From IMG/VR virus record IMGVR_UViG_3300027985_000843, positions 186,001 to 250,000 of that record: DNA of 64,000 bases. One strand, 5' to 3'. The translations under genes and the position numbers were made by a program. The notes under the pieces were generated by a model that saw only the letters and a program-made list of their open reading frames with translations, searched no databases and was not told the origin of the DNA. Below, one piece after another: positions 36,338 to 45,494 of this stretch; position 1 is the first letter of the stretch; each line of letters opens with the position of its first letter.

Positions 36338-36340
36338 GTG

Positions 36341-36856
36341 TCACTCCTCGTCTTCGCCCTCGCCCTGTGACAGCTCTTCTTCTCCCAGTTCTTCCTGCCC
36401 CTGCCCCTCCTCCGAGAGGATCTGTTCGAGGTCGACTTCCTTGGAGATGGACACGAAGGTGTGTAGGTCGGCGTTCCACGCACCGTAACGGTCCAGGATC
36501 GTACCGAACTCCTGCACATCGGGCTCTCGGATCTTCCAAGAGATCTCGCCGGTGTCTTCGTTCTCCTCGCCGTAGCAACGCTCCAATAAGTGGTCGATGA
36601 GGGCCGTGCGCTGCTGGTCGTCCAGCTCGTTCCACATGTCCGCTGCGACCTCGACCACGAAGTCCTTCCCGATGATCCATTCCAGGAAGCCGCTCAGCTT
36701 GCGCACCTTCCCAAGGATCTTTCTGCCACCCTTCGAGCTGGCTTCGCTCACGAAGCAATACAGCATTCTGGCAGTGGCGATCTCCGGATGGTAGTTGGGG
36801 ATGAGACCCGCAGCGATGTTTTCCAAGCTTTCGGCGTTTTCCCAAGTCTTAGGCAT
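36341..36856 (-). CDS. Phage metallopeptidase-like protein with degenerate HExxH motif
   Basis: DFVVEVAADMWNELDDQQRTALIDHLLERC..EPDVQEF matches the putative phage metallopeptidase pattern, but HLLER replaces HELxH. Confidence 0.6.
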   Translation of the reverse strand: MPKTWENAESLENIAAGLIPNYHPEIATARMLYCFVSEASSKGGRKILGKVRKLSGFLEWIIGKDFVVEVAADMWNELDDQQRTALIDHLLERCYGEENEDTGEISWKIREPDVQEFGTILDRYGAWNADLHTFVSISKEVDLEQILSEEGQGQEELGEEELSQGEGEDEE

Positions 36857-36857
36857 G

Positions 36858-37562
36858 TTACTCTCCTAGCTGTTCTCGGATGAAGTTCTGTAGCTTACGG
36901 TCACCCCAAGCGAGCCATAGTTCGTTGGGGTCTTTCACTCGACCCTTGCCGTCGAGCCTGGGGACTCGCGGGAAGACGACATCGTGTATTCGGTCGAACT
37001 TGTCGTGGTGTTCTCGAATGACACGAGCTGCCGCGTCTCGGCCCTTAGGGTCCATATCGTACGCCAACCACAACTCGTCGACAACCCTGCGAAGGCATCG
37101 AGCTGCCTCACTGGTCAGGTGGTTGGTCAGGGTAGACACAATGTTCGGGCGTGTCCTCTGAATGGGAAAAAGATCGAATGCACCTTCGGTAAGGACCACG
37201 TACTTGGTCTCCCAAGCACTTGCCATGGCCTGACCCAGGCCGAACAGGACGGGTTCCTCATCGTACACGGAGAAGTGCGAATAGCCCTTCTTGTTCACGT
37301 CCACGTGCCGGAGCTGGAACCCCTTGAACTGACACAGCGTGTTGGTCAGGGGCAAGACAAACACGTCCCGAAGCCAACCAGTGCTCTGGTACGTCTCGTA
37401 GAGAATGTCAGCCCCTTCGATGTCGGGCAACCCGTTCGAGATGTACCCGAGGCGGTACAGGCTGATCTGCTCATCGCTCACACCACGAGCCCACAAGGCT
37501 TCCCTCTCCCGGTCCGTCAGTTGACCGTGAGCGTAGTCGACAAGTGCCTCGATCCAACTCAT
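36858..37562 (-). CDS. DnaG-like TOPRIM primase core
   Basis: LFGL..VVLTEGAFD..LAYDMD..KDPNE. No N-terminal CHC2 zinc finger. Confidence 0.8.
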   Translation of the reverse strand: MSWIEALVDYAHGQLTDREREALWARGVSDEQISLYRLGYISNGLPDIEGADILYETYQSTGWLRDVFVLPLTNTLCQFKGFQLRHVDVNKKGYSHFSVYDEEPVLFGLGQAMASAWETKYVVLTEGAFDLFPIQRTRPNIVSTLTNHLTSEAARCLRRVVDELWLAYDMDPKGRDAAARVIREHHDKFDRIHDVVFPRVPRLDGKGRVKDPNELWLAWGDRKLQNFIREQLGE

Positions 37563-38164
37563 CCGACCATCACCAAAGAGCGGTCGGCCTTTCGAATCAG
37601 GACAGCCACGTGGTCATACGAACGAACGTAGGCCCCCACCGAGTCAGACGCCAGCAGGGACTTCCCCTCTGGAAGGTCGGATGCCAGGATCAGAAGTCCG
37701 TCGGAAGTACGGGAGACGTAGCCCTGCATCATCATCAGCCGTTCTGCTTGTTCGACGGGCATGGCTTCTCCGCAGGCTTCCTCAAGAGTTGACGGTGGGA
37801 CTACCAGGGCCCTCGGTGTTTCTCCAAGAGACCGCATGACGTCCTGGGCTTCGGTCAGATCCTTACACCGGTTGGACCAGCCCTCCCTCTCAGAAACCTC
37901 CGACAGGACACGAAACAGTTCCACCATGAGCGGACCTTCTTTCCCAGGAGGGCAGAAGGTCGGAGCGAACCGAACGATGCCGTCGCGGGATAGCCTCGTC
38001 TGAAGAAACGTGCCCCGCATGTTGCTCGACAGAAAGGGCGCATTGCAAAGCTCGTCCGAATACTCCATGAGGACGGGCACAGCGAAGCCTGCCCCCCTTG
38101 ACTGATCTGCCCTTCGGCGGATGCGATCAGTTTTCAGCAGGATCTCAAGAGCTGACGTCCTCAT
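37559..38164 (-). CDS. Hypothetical protein resembling the C-terminal half of the major capsid protein
   Basis: By-eye alignment to 12484..13365 (see findings). Start moved to MRTSAL. Confidence 0.5.
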   Translation of the reverse strand: MRTSALEILLKTDRIRRRADQSRGAGFAVPVLMEYSDELCNAPFLSSNMRGTFLQTRLSRDGIVRFAPTFCPPGKEGPLMVELFRVLSEVSEREGWSNRCKDLTEAQDVMRSLGETPRALVVPPSTLEEACGEAMPVEQAERLMMMQGYVSRTSDGLLILASDLPEGKSLLASDSVGAYVRSYDHVAVLIRKADRSLVMVG

Positions 38165-38768
38165 TCTTCGACCTCCGAATCTGGACCAGTCTGCCGTCCC
38201 CATCCTGCATCTCCAGCAAAGCGGGAGCGTCCGGGCCCGGTGGCAAGAGGTCGAAGTCGGTGACCGCCTGAATCGGAACGATCTGAATGCGCAACACCCA
38301 CCGGTACCACAGAGCTTTCCACCACGGCACGAGGGCGGGGAGGGACGGAGACTCGTCGAGGACCCACAGAAGTTCCCGAACTGCCGGCATGTTGCTAGCC
38401 ACCCAGGCCGGATCGGCTACATCCCTCAGGAATTCGTTCCACAGAGTCCGCTTCGATCGGGTGGGCTGGAAGTAGGGACACTTCATGGCATCGACGTCGT
38501 CCTCGCAGATGGCGCCTTTCCACTGCTCGATGTCTTCGGCACCCAGCATGCACAGACCGATCGTTTGATCCACGGGCTCACCGTTTACGGCGATCCGATT
38601 GTACTGGTCGTTCGTCTCGCCGTAGACTTCCTTGCGACTATCCAGCGGCTGCAACCAGTTGTGAGCACACAAGTGCGGCCGTCGCTGCTGTGCCTCGTGA
38701 ATGCGACGGTCCAACTCCTCACACAGAAGCTGCCGGATTCTGGACTTGATCTCTCCACGGTCGACCAT
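38145..38768 (-). CDS. Cys-containing hypothetical protein
   Basis: Start moved to MVDRGE (TGATG overlap). Contains CAHN..CML..C..CPYF. Confidence 0.55.
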   Translation of the reverse strand: MVDRGEIKSRIRQLLCEELDRRIHEAQQRRPHLCAHNWLQPLDSRKEVYGETNDQYNRIAVNGEPVDQTIGLCMLGAEDIEQWKGAICEDDVDAMKCPYFQPTRSKRTLWNEFLRDVADPAWVASNMPAVRELLWVLDESPSLPALVPWWKALWYRWVLRIQIVPIQAVTDFDLLPPGPDAPALLEMQDGDGRLVQIRRSKNEDVSS

Positions 38769-39442
38769 CAGAGCCTCTTCACCTTCAGGTGCTCCAGGCC
38801 GTCTTCCTCGACACAGGAGCACCGGTATGCCTGGTCTGCGTGTTCCGCAAAGGCCGGCTTGTGGGTCACGAGTACAACGTCCAGCCCCATCTTGGAGGAC
38901 AGCTCTCGTAGTAGTTGGCTCGTCGCCAGCACGTATTCGTCGGAGATAGCCAACAGAGTCTCATCCAGCAACAAGATGGGGTACCGCTTCAACCGAATGA
39001 TGGTCAGCAAGCGGATGACAAGGGAGGCCATGCTCGAAGGGCCGCCGCCAAAGGATTCCAGCGGCTTGCCCCGGTGTGATAGAGGGTCATCCTTCTTCTT
39101 GCTTCGGATGAAAAAGTCGATCGACACCTTGCCGTACTTCTGACTCACGTCCGCTTCGAACAGCAGATCCTGGTCATCGAAAATCGTCTGAAAGCTCTCT
39201 GAAACCAGGTCCTCCACAGAACGCACCTGATTGACAAGGAGCGCATCCATCAGGACTTGGTACAACTCCCCGACCTTCGACAACACGTCGATCTCGGTCG
39301 AAAGGTCTGCAACCTCTCGTTGCTTGGACTCCCTCTCGGATTGGAGACGATCTCGGAGCGTGGTCAGCCGGACTCCCTTGGCCGCCACGCTCCGGACACG
39401 CTGCCTCAACCCATCGAGGGAGCGTACCTCGTCACTCGACAC
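38768..39442 (-). CDS. SbcC/Rad50-like ATPase, C-terminal half
   Basis: Signature-like ESFGGG, Walker B ILLLDE and H-loop LVTH, after a short coiled coil. Confidence 0.85.
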   Translation of the reverse strand: MSSDEVRSLDGLRQRVRSVAAKGVRLTTLRDRLQSERESKQREVADLSTEIDVLSKVGELYQVLMDALLVNQVRSVEDLVSESFQTIFDDQDLLFEADVSQKYGKVSIDFFIRSKKKDDPLSHRGKPLESFGGGPSSMASLVIRLLTIIRLKRYPILLLDETLLAISDEYVLATSQLLRELSSKMGLDVVLVTHKPAFAEHADQAYRCSCVEEDGLEHLKVKRL

Positions 39443-40644
39443 AGGAATACCCCTTCCTTGTTGTCGTCGTCGGGAATGACGACCTTGCCATCTCGATTGA
39501 GGTGGTATTCCTCGACCGTGCGGAGAAGCGTCATCTCGCTGCGATTTGCCGTCGCCGGAATCACAGCCACTCGGAGGATGACAGCATTCCCTCGAACGGG
39601 TTCGATCAAGCCGCGAAGGTGCTCCGTGCCAATACTGGCTGCGAAGTCCTTGTCGCTGGCGTCTCCGCCGAAGTCATCGGTGTCTGAAACGACAGGATTG
39701 GCGCCGACAGGAGCAGATGTGACAGGCCCCGCCCGGCCGACAGCGTGTAGCTGCAACATCTTGTGCTCGGCGTCGTACTTGATTCGGATCTTGTCGGACC
39801 CGCTGGAACTGACGTGCTTGAAGGCACGTACCAAGGTCACCTTCGGAATCGCCAGCACGTAGCCGTCATTCTTGAGGGCGTAATACTTGAACTTCTTGTG
39901 CTCCTCGACCGTGCTGGACCAGCCTACAGCCGACCCGTTCGGAGCCACGATAAATCGAATGGGGCCCATGTGGACGGTGACGTCCTCGTTCCCGCACTTC
40001 GAAAGGAAGGATGTCACGAGACCGACATCCTTCGTGCTGATTGCGAAGGCTCGGCCGCACAGACCCTCGCTGAAGTAGTAGCAAGATCGGATGTTGTCCG
40101 CCCCGAACATCGTCCCGTCGCCGCCCTTCAGGGTCGAGTCGAAGAGCTGCAACGTCTTGTACACCTCGGGCACAGTGTCCTTCTTGGCGACGTGGGCGTT
40201 GACGCAGGCCAGGGCATCCTTGAGGATTGCCGGCGGAACCTTGTAGGTATCCTCGGAGATCTCGTCATCCACGGTCTTCATCAGACGAGGATCGAACGAG
40301 GACACGTTGGCGTTGGCGCCGCCCTCCGTCTCGTACTTGATCCAGAACCGATCTTCCTTCTCGTCATGACCGTATTCGATGTCGATCCAGCCGTCCAGGA
40401 ACTTGAGCCCTTCGGCGGCAAGCGACGGGTAGATGAACGAGCCGTCACCCTCCGACTCGATGACAGGGACATTGACTCTCACGCGGTGCGTGTCGTCTCT
40501 GCCATGGATAGAGCACACCCCGTCCTTGACCACGAACAGGTACCCCGTGCTGTTTTCCTTCTGGGGTGTCGCGGCCGACGGAGACACGATGCTGCTGACG
40601 CTGAGCGCCTCATTGAGGGCTTCTGTGCTGACCCGGATCTTCAT
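39406..40644 (-). CDS. dnaN: Probable DNA polymerase III beta sliding clamp (divergent)
   Basis: MKIRVSTEALNEAL start, alternating alpha/beta pattern and 412 aa length. DnaX, HolA and HolB are present in the same module. Confidence 0.6.
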   Translation of the reverse strand: MKIRVSTEALNEALSVSSIVSPSAATPQKENSTGYLFVVKDGVCSIHGRDDTHRVRVNVPVIESEGDGSFIYPSLAAEGLKFLDGWIDIEYGHDEKEDRFWIKYETEGGANANVSSFDPRLMKTVDDEISEDTYKVPPAILKDALACVNAHVAKKDTVPEVYKTLQLFDSTLKGGDGTMFGADNIRSCYYFSEGLCGRAFAISTKDVGLVTSFLSKCGNEDVTVHMGPIRFIVAPNGSAVGWSSTVEEHKKFKYYALKNDGYVLAIPKVTLVRAFKHVSSSGSDKIRIKYDAEHKMLQLHAVGRAGPVTSAPVGANPVVSDTDDFGGDASDKDFAASIGTEHLRGLIEPVRGNAVILRVAVIPATANRSEMTLLRTVEEYHLNRDGKVVIPDDDNKEGVFLCRVTRYAPSMG

Positions 40645-40922
40645 TTTTCCTCCTTGTCGAACTCTTCCAAAGCGCCCTCGACCTCTTGCAGATCTTGCTC
40701 GAACGAAGTGAGGAGAGTCTCCAGCTCCGCATGGGCCTGGTCTCTCTGCTCCTTGAGCCGACGAGGGTCGAAGCCGGCGTCTTCGATCTCCTTGCCGATG
40801 TCGGAAAGTTCCTGCATGCGAGCTTCGAGCTGGCCTCTGAGCTTGTCCCTCTTACGAGTGACGCTTGCGTGTCGGGTGAGAGCATTCTCTACCCGTTGTT
40901 TCAGTTGAGCGACTGTTGCCAT
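40641..40922 (-). CDS. Coiled-coil protein (93 aa)
   Basis: Continuous heptad pattern. CGGTGTA lies 10 nt upstream of the ATG. Confidence 0.7.
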   Translation of the reverse strand: MATVAQLKQRVENALTRHASVTRKRDKLRGQLEARMQELSDIGKEIEDAGFDPRRLKEQRDQAHAELETLLTSFEQDLQEVEGALEEFDKEEK

Positions 40923-40932
40923 CCTTCTCTCC

Positions 40933-40939
40933 TACACCG
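40933..40939 (-). promoter_or_regulatory. CGGTGTA element 10 nt before ATG 40922
   Basis: Recurring motif. An SD-like AGGAG is also present here. Confidence 0.55.
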
Positions 40940-41854
40940 CTACGACCGCTTCTTGGCTATCTTTTGGACGACCGACGCTCCCCAGGTACACCGGGAAGGG
41001 GTCGCGAACTCGCAGAATCGACAGTTGTCCTCATTCGCCTTGGGTTTGAACAGCCCTTTGGCGAGAGCCATCTTGTCGGTCTCGTCCAAGTCCGGAATCC
41101 TTGCCGACAGCTCTTCGATCGAGTCCAGGGCCGCGAGGACGTCCTCCAGCAACTGGTCCGTGTCGGCCTGCGAGAACTCCACCCAGTCGATACTACGAGG
41201 GGGAGTGAATCGCCAGTACAGAAACCCCAGCTTGTCGGGCAGCCGGCCATGCTGCAACTGGTACAGCATCCCGTACCAGTAGAGCTGCCGGGGGTCCACG
41301 TACTTGCCACCCCACTTCGAGCCCTTGCCGTCAAGGATGATCAGGTCCTTGTGGGGGGCAATTCGACGGATGATGAAGTCCGCCCGCCCCGCGATCTTGT
41401 GGCCCTTGACGACCTGGTCCAGCTTGACCTCTGCACGGGCGTACGGGCCGAGGAATCGACCGAACTTGATGCTGTCAATCCCACGAGCGATGGACTTTCG
41501 AACGTCATCGATCAGCTCTTCCTTGTCCGCGTACATCCCGCGAGGGTTCTGGCCCTTGCCTTCACCCTTCCACTTGATGATGCCGCATTTGCCGTCCCAT
41601 GACGGGGACGTCTGATCTCTGATGACCTTGTCCACCGTGGGGCGGACCTTCCGCAGGAGCTTGTCCCTCACAGACGCGGGATCTCGCCACAACTCCTCGT
41701 TGTAGAACTCCTCGAAGATGATCCCGATGACCGAACCGTACAGGGACCCGCCCTTGTCCTCAGGCTCGTCCATCTCCGTCTTGTTGATGTACTTGTGCCA
41801 GAACGCGTAAGCACACGAGCTGAACAGCTTGAATCCGGAATACGAGATGTACAT
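40940..41854 (-). CDS. PD-(D/E)XK nuclease, Cas4/AddB-like with four Cys
   Basis: SYS..SSCAY, GRADF, ILDGKGS, QLYWY and CRFCEF..C. Confidence 0.85.
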   Translation of the reverse strand: MYISYSGFKLFSSCAYAFWHKYINKTEMDEPEDKGGSLYGSVIGIIFEEFYNEELWRDPASVRDKLLRKVRPTVDKVIRDQTSPSWDGKCGIIKWKGEGKGQNPRGMYADKEELIDDVRKSIARGIDSIKFGRFLGPYARAEVKLDQVVKGHKIAGRADFIIRRIAPHKDLIILDGKGSKWGGKYVDPRQLYWYGMLYQLQHGRLPDKLGFLYWRFTPPRSIDWVEFSQADTDQLLEDVLAALDSIEELSARIPDLDETDKMALAKGLFKPKANEDNCRFCEFATPSRCTWGASVVQKIAKKRS

Positions 41855-42835
41855 CTACTTTGCCTCCCTCGCCCTCTCCAGGTAGCTTAGGGCGCGGTCC
41901 CGAACTTCCGGGGCGAAGCCCAGCCCCCGAATGGTCGTGGTCACGTCACCATCGGAAGACGCACCGACCTCTTTCTGGAGACGCTCTACGAACTGCGAGA
42001 TGATCGCACCCTCTTGCTCGCGTCTCTGTTTCCGGACTACGTCGAAGACCTCTTCGGCCGGCGGGACACGAAGGGGAATGGTCCCCACAGTCAGGGTCCC
42101 GTCGTCCACCTCAATAAGGGCCACCTGAGGAATCCGAGTCATGTTCTCGTTGTTCAGGGATCCTCGCGACACAGCCCCGGGGTTGACGAAGTACCGACCA
42201 TCGATCCGAACTATCCCCTGGTCCTTGTGCCAGTGGCCGAAACAGCAGACGTCGGGGCCGCCCTCGTAAACGAGGTCCTTGTAGGCGAACACCTCTTCCC
42301 CATAGAAGTCTCGCGTCTCTTCCTGGGGCGGGGGGTTCTCCGAGGCTAGGGCGTGGATGATGAAGATGAGAACATCCTCGTCCCCACGTTCGACAGCCTT
42401 GAAGTCATCGAGGGTCCGAACGAGGCTGTAGGGAAAGCCCACCACCCGGACCTTCATGCCGCCGTCCTCGAAGGTGGTGTCGGTCATACGTTGAATTACA
42501 CCGGCGGCGAACAACACTTGCAGAGGCTGTCGTTCAAGAGTGTCGAGGTTGTTGTAGGCGATGTCGTGGTTGCCGATGTTCAGGTAGACAGGACACGGGT
42601 ACGCGGCGTGGATCTCCGCCGCCCTTGCCACCAGGTAGTGACTGTTGCGGGTGGGCGCCTTGATGTGAAAGAAGTCCCCGCCGTCGAGAATCGCCTTCGC
42701 GCCGTACTTCCGGGCCAAGCTGCCGATCTGTTCCAAGCTGGCCCACACCTCCGACGGATAGTCCGCCTTCCAGGAGTCCGGGTTCTTGTCGGTGGCGTGG
42801 ACGTCCGTTCGGAAGATGAAAGCCAGGTGACCCAT
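41855..42835 (-). CDS. SbcD/Mre11-like metallophosphoesterase nuclease
   Basis: TDVH, GGDFFH, IGNHD and FGHWH motifs. Start moved to MGHLAF. Confidence 0.9.
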   Translation of the reverse strand: MGHLAFIFRTDVHATDKNPDSWKADYPSEVWASLEQIGSLARKYGAKAILDGGDFFHIKAPTRNSHYLVARAAEIHAAYPCPVYLNIGNHDIAYNNLDTLERQPLQVLFAAGVIQRMTDTTFEDGGMKVRVVGFPYSLVRTLDDFKAVERGDEDVLIFIIHALASENPPPQEETRDFYGEEVFAYKDLVYEGGPDVCCFGHWHKDQGIVRIDGRYFVNPGAVSRGSLNNENMTRIPQVALIEVDDGTLTVGTIPLRVPPAEEVFDVVRKQRREQEGAIISQFVERLQKEVGASSDGDVTTTIRGLGFAPEVRDRALSYLERAREAK

Positions 42836-44079
42836 TACTCTTCTCCCAGGTGCAAGCAGTGATCTGCCGTGATGTCTTGCGAGCAGGTCGGGCACATGCC
42901 CATCGCCCGAAACTCGTCGAGGACCGCCTTCTCCTGTTCGACTGTCTCCTGAAGCTCCGCGTCCAGCCTGGCTTGTTCCTCTTGGAGATGAGTTCGACGC
43001 GTCCAGAGCGAGTCCAGATGCTCGTAACGCCCACGCGCCTCCTCGACAGATGTCTTGTCAGGCACAGGCTTCGCCTGGGCGGCCTTGATGCGGGACATGC
43101 TATCCTTGAAGGTCCGCAGACGCTGAATCCACCCCTCGGCCGCCTTGGCCTTCGCGTATGCCGCCCGTAGAGGGTCGGAGTCCAGCTCCCGCACCGACTT
43201 GATGCCTCGGAGCTTTCGAATCTCCGGGGCCAAGGCACGGACACGCTGCAACAGGTCGTCCGCCTTAGCTGCCCGTACGTGCATCGCACGGACATCTGAG
43301 GTGTCCGGTACCGAGGGCTTCGTAGCGGCCTTCAGAGACTGGATAGAGAGCAGGACACGGCTCAAGGTCTTCCGGTACCTGTCCAGCCTCAAGACGCGTT
43401 CCTGGGCCGTCTCTATCGCTTCGTAGCGAGCTTCGATGTCGGACCCTCGACTCACCACGCCATCGAGGCCGGCGTACCGCTCCAAGTCCTTGTCGAGGCT
43501 GCTGATGTCCTTCTCTCGAATCTTCCGTGTGCTGGCCGCCGCCTTGCGGTCCTTCGAAGCTAGAGACACGGCCTTATTGATTTCGTCGAGGTTCGCGACG
43601 TCACTCAGAACATCAGCGATCGTGGTGCCACCCTGGTTCAGGAGAAAGATGGGCTCGAACTGTTCAGCCACCTGAATCAGATCTCGGTGGTCCCCGATCT
43701 TGACCGGCTCGAACAACGGCAAGAGAAAGTCAGGCGCCCCCCGATTCACGGCACTGTAGACGTCAGGATTCTCGGCCCCGTCCTTCCAAACCGTGTATTG
43801 GTTGACAGCGTCACCCTTCTCCCACAGCACACGCATGGCGGGAAAGTGAATGTCGACGGACGCGAAGCACTTGCACTTCTTTTTGCCCTGAGTGCGGCGA
43901 GGGCAGTCCGAAGCGTGACGAACGAAGTCGGTGCCGGAGGCCCCCGTCAGACAACATCGAAGTGCCCGCACGATGGCGCTCTTGCCGACGTTTGATCGCC
44001 CAACAAGTGCCGCGAATCCGTCGACCTTCAGCTTCGTCCGCTTGATCGACTGGAAGTTCTGGATCTCGAACTCAATCAT
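42835..44079 (-). CDS. SbcC/Rad50-like ATPase, N-terminal half ending in a zinc hook
   Basis: IQNFQSI, Walker A GRSNVGKS, QVAEQ (Q-loop) and a coiled coil ending in CPTC. Start moved to MIEFEI. Confidence 0.88.
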   Translation of the reverse strand: MIEFEIQNFQSIKRTKLKVDGFAALVGRSNVGKSAIVRALRCCLTGASGTDFVRHASDCPRRTQGKKKCKCFASVDIHFPAMRVLWEKGDAVNQYTVWKDGAENPDVYSAVNRGAPDFLLPLFEPVKIGDHRDLIQVAEQFEPIFLLNQGGTTIADVLSDVANLDEINKAVSLASKDRKAAASTRKIREKDISSLDKDLERYAGLDGVVSRGSDIEARYEAIETAQERVLRLDRYRKTLSRVLLSIQSLKAATKPSVPDTSDVRAMHVRAAKADDLLQRVRALAPEIRKLRGIKSVRELDSDPLRAAYAKAKAAEGWIQRLRTFKDSMSRIKAAQAKPVPDKTSVEEARGRYEHLDSLWTRRTHLQEEQARLDAELQETVEQEKAVLDEFRAMGMCPTCSQDITADHCLHLGEE

Positions 44080-45487
44080 CGCTGGGTTCGGCGGGAGCCT
44101 CTTCGCCACCGTCGCTCTCAGAGTCGCCGCCGCTCTCGGGGTCATCACCTTCGTCGGTGCCCTCTTCATCCTCGAAGCCGTCGGGGAGATCGATGGTCAT
44201 CTCCTCGGGGTCGACCTCCTCCTCATCGACCATGTTCGAATAGTCCTCCGAGTCTTCCTCTTCGCCGAACTCCTTGCGAGCCATGACGTCAAGGCTGTCC
44301 CCGTCCTCTTCTTCGTCCATGGGAACCTCACGGACTTCCGCGTCTAGGGCCTTGAGGACATCGTCCTTGATCTTCTGGAAGACAATCGGATTGCCCTTGA
44401 GCCACTGACGAAACGCCTCTCGCCCCCGCACCTCCGTGTCACCGTAGGAGTGGAAGCCGCCCGATCGCTTTTTGACAATCTTGGCCGACACGGCAGCGGC
44501 GATCACTGAGTAGAACTCGTCGATTCCGTAGCCGTACCGAATGAACAGCTCAGCCTCCTGGCCTTGACGCGAATCCATCTTGTTCTTGATGATCTTCGCG
44601 ACGGTGTGCGTGCCGAAGGGGATCTTCTTTCTCTTGCCTGTGAGGGGGTCGATCCTCTCGATGGACTCGACCGTCTTCTTGTACAGGTTGATGCGGACCG
44701 AGGCGTAGTATTTCAGGGCCTTGCCGCCGGCCGTATTGCTGCCGCCCTTGCCGCCGCCGATGGAACTACGCTCCTGGTTGATGCAGATCAGAGCCGTGCC
44801 CTTCGCGTTCCGCTTCTTGGCGTTCGGGTCATGCATCCACGAGTTGACGAGCCGCTTGAGCAAGGTGGAGAGACGCTTGGCCTGGATCCCCACGATGTCC
44901 TCATCGTCGATGTCTCGCTCCAGCTCCTTCTTCGGAGTCATGGCGGCCACGGAATCGACCACGATGAGATCAATGCCGCCCATGATGCCGAAGAACATCA
45001 TTTTGAAGCCCTCCTCAAGGGTTCGAGGACCGTAAAGCAGGAGCTTGGACGGGCTGAAGTCGACACCGATCGACTTCGCGTACTTGTGATCGATCGCCTG
45101 TTCGAAGTCCAAGAACATGGCGGTACCGCCTTGCTTCTGGACCTCGGCCACAGCTTGGAGTGCCGTAGTGGTCTTGCCCGACCCAGCAGCCCCAAAGATC
45201 TCAGTGACCCTACGTCTGGGGTAACCAGGGCACACCCTTCCCTTACCGTCGAGAGTGAGGGAGCCGCCGATGGTATGGTCGATGAAGATGTTGCCCGAAG
45301 GCACGCAGGGCGTCGGAGTGTTGTAGGACGCCTTGATAGGCTTTTCGCCGGTATCCTTGAGGATGGATGCCTGGATGACCGCCATCAGTCCCACGGGCTT
45401 GTCTCCCTTGGCAGACTTCTTCGTGGCTTTCTTGGCAGGTGCTTTTGCGGCCGCCTTCTTTGAAGGGGCCTTCTTGGTATCAGCCAT
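44072..45487 (-). CDS. recA: RecA-family recombinase
   Basis: VTEIFGAAGSGKTT, FLDFEQAID, VVDSVA, INQER and GGKALKYYASVR. Confidence 0.95.
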   Translation of the reverse strand: MADTKKAPSKKAAAKAPAKKATKKSAKGDKPVGLMAVIQASILKDTGEKPIKASYNTPTPCVPSGNIFIDHTIGGSLTLDGKGRVCPGYPRRRVTEIFGAAGSGKTTTALQAVAEVQKQGGTAMFLDFEQAIDHKYAKSIGVDFSPSKLLLYGPRTLEEGFKMMFFGIMGGIDLIVVDSVAAMTPKKELERDIDDEDIVGIQAKRLSTLLKRLVNSWMHDPNAKKRNAKGTALICINQERSSIGGGKGGSNTAGGKALKYYASVRINLYKKTVESIERIDPLTGKRKKIPFGTHTVAKIIKNKMDSRQGQEAELFIRYGYGIDEFYSVIAAAVSAKIVKKRSGGFHSYGDTEVRGREAFRQWLKGNPIVFQKIKDDVLKALDAEVREVPMDEEEDGDSLDVMARKEFGEEEDSEDYSNMVDEEEVDPEEMTIDLPDGFEDEEGTDEGDDPESGGDSESDGGEEAPAEPSDD

Positions 45488-45494
45488 ATGGACC

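Noticed and set aside
40940-41854. Cas4 as part of a CRISPR system
   Set aside because: No other cas genes and no repeat-spacer array are seen in the window. The context is recombination, so it is better read as a solo AddB/Cas4-like nuclease.
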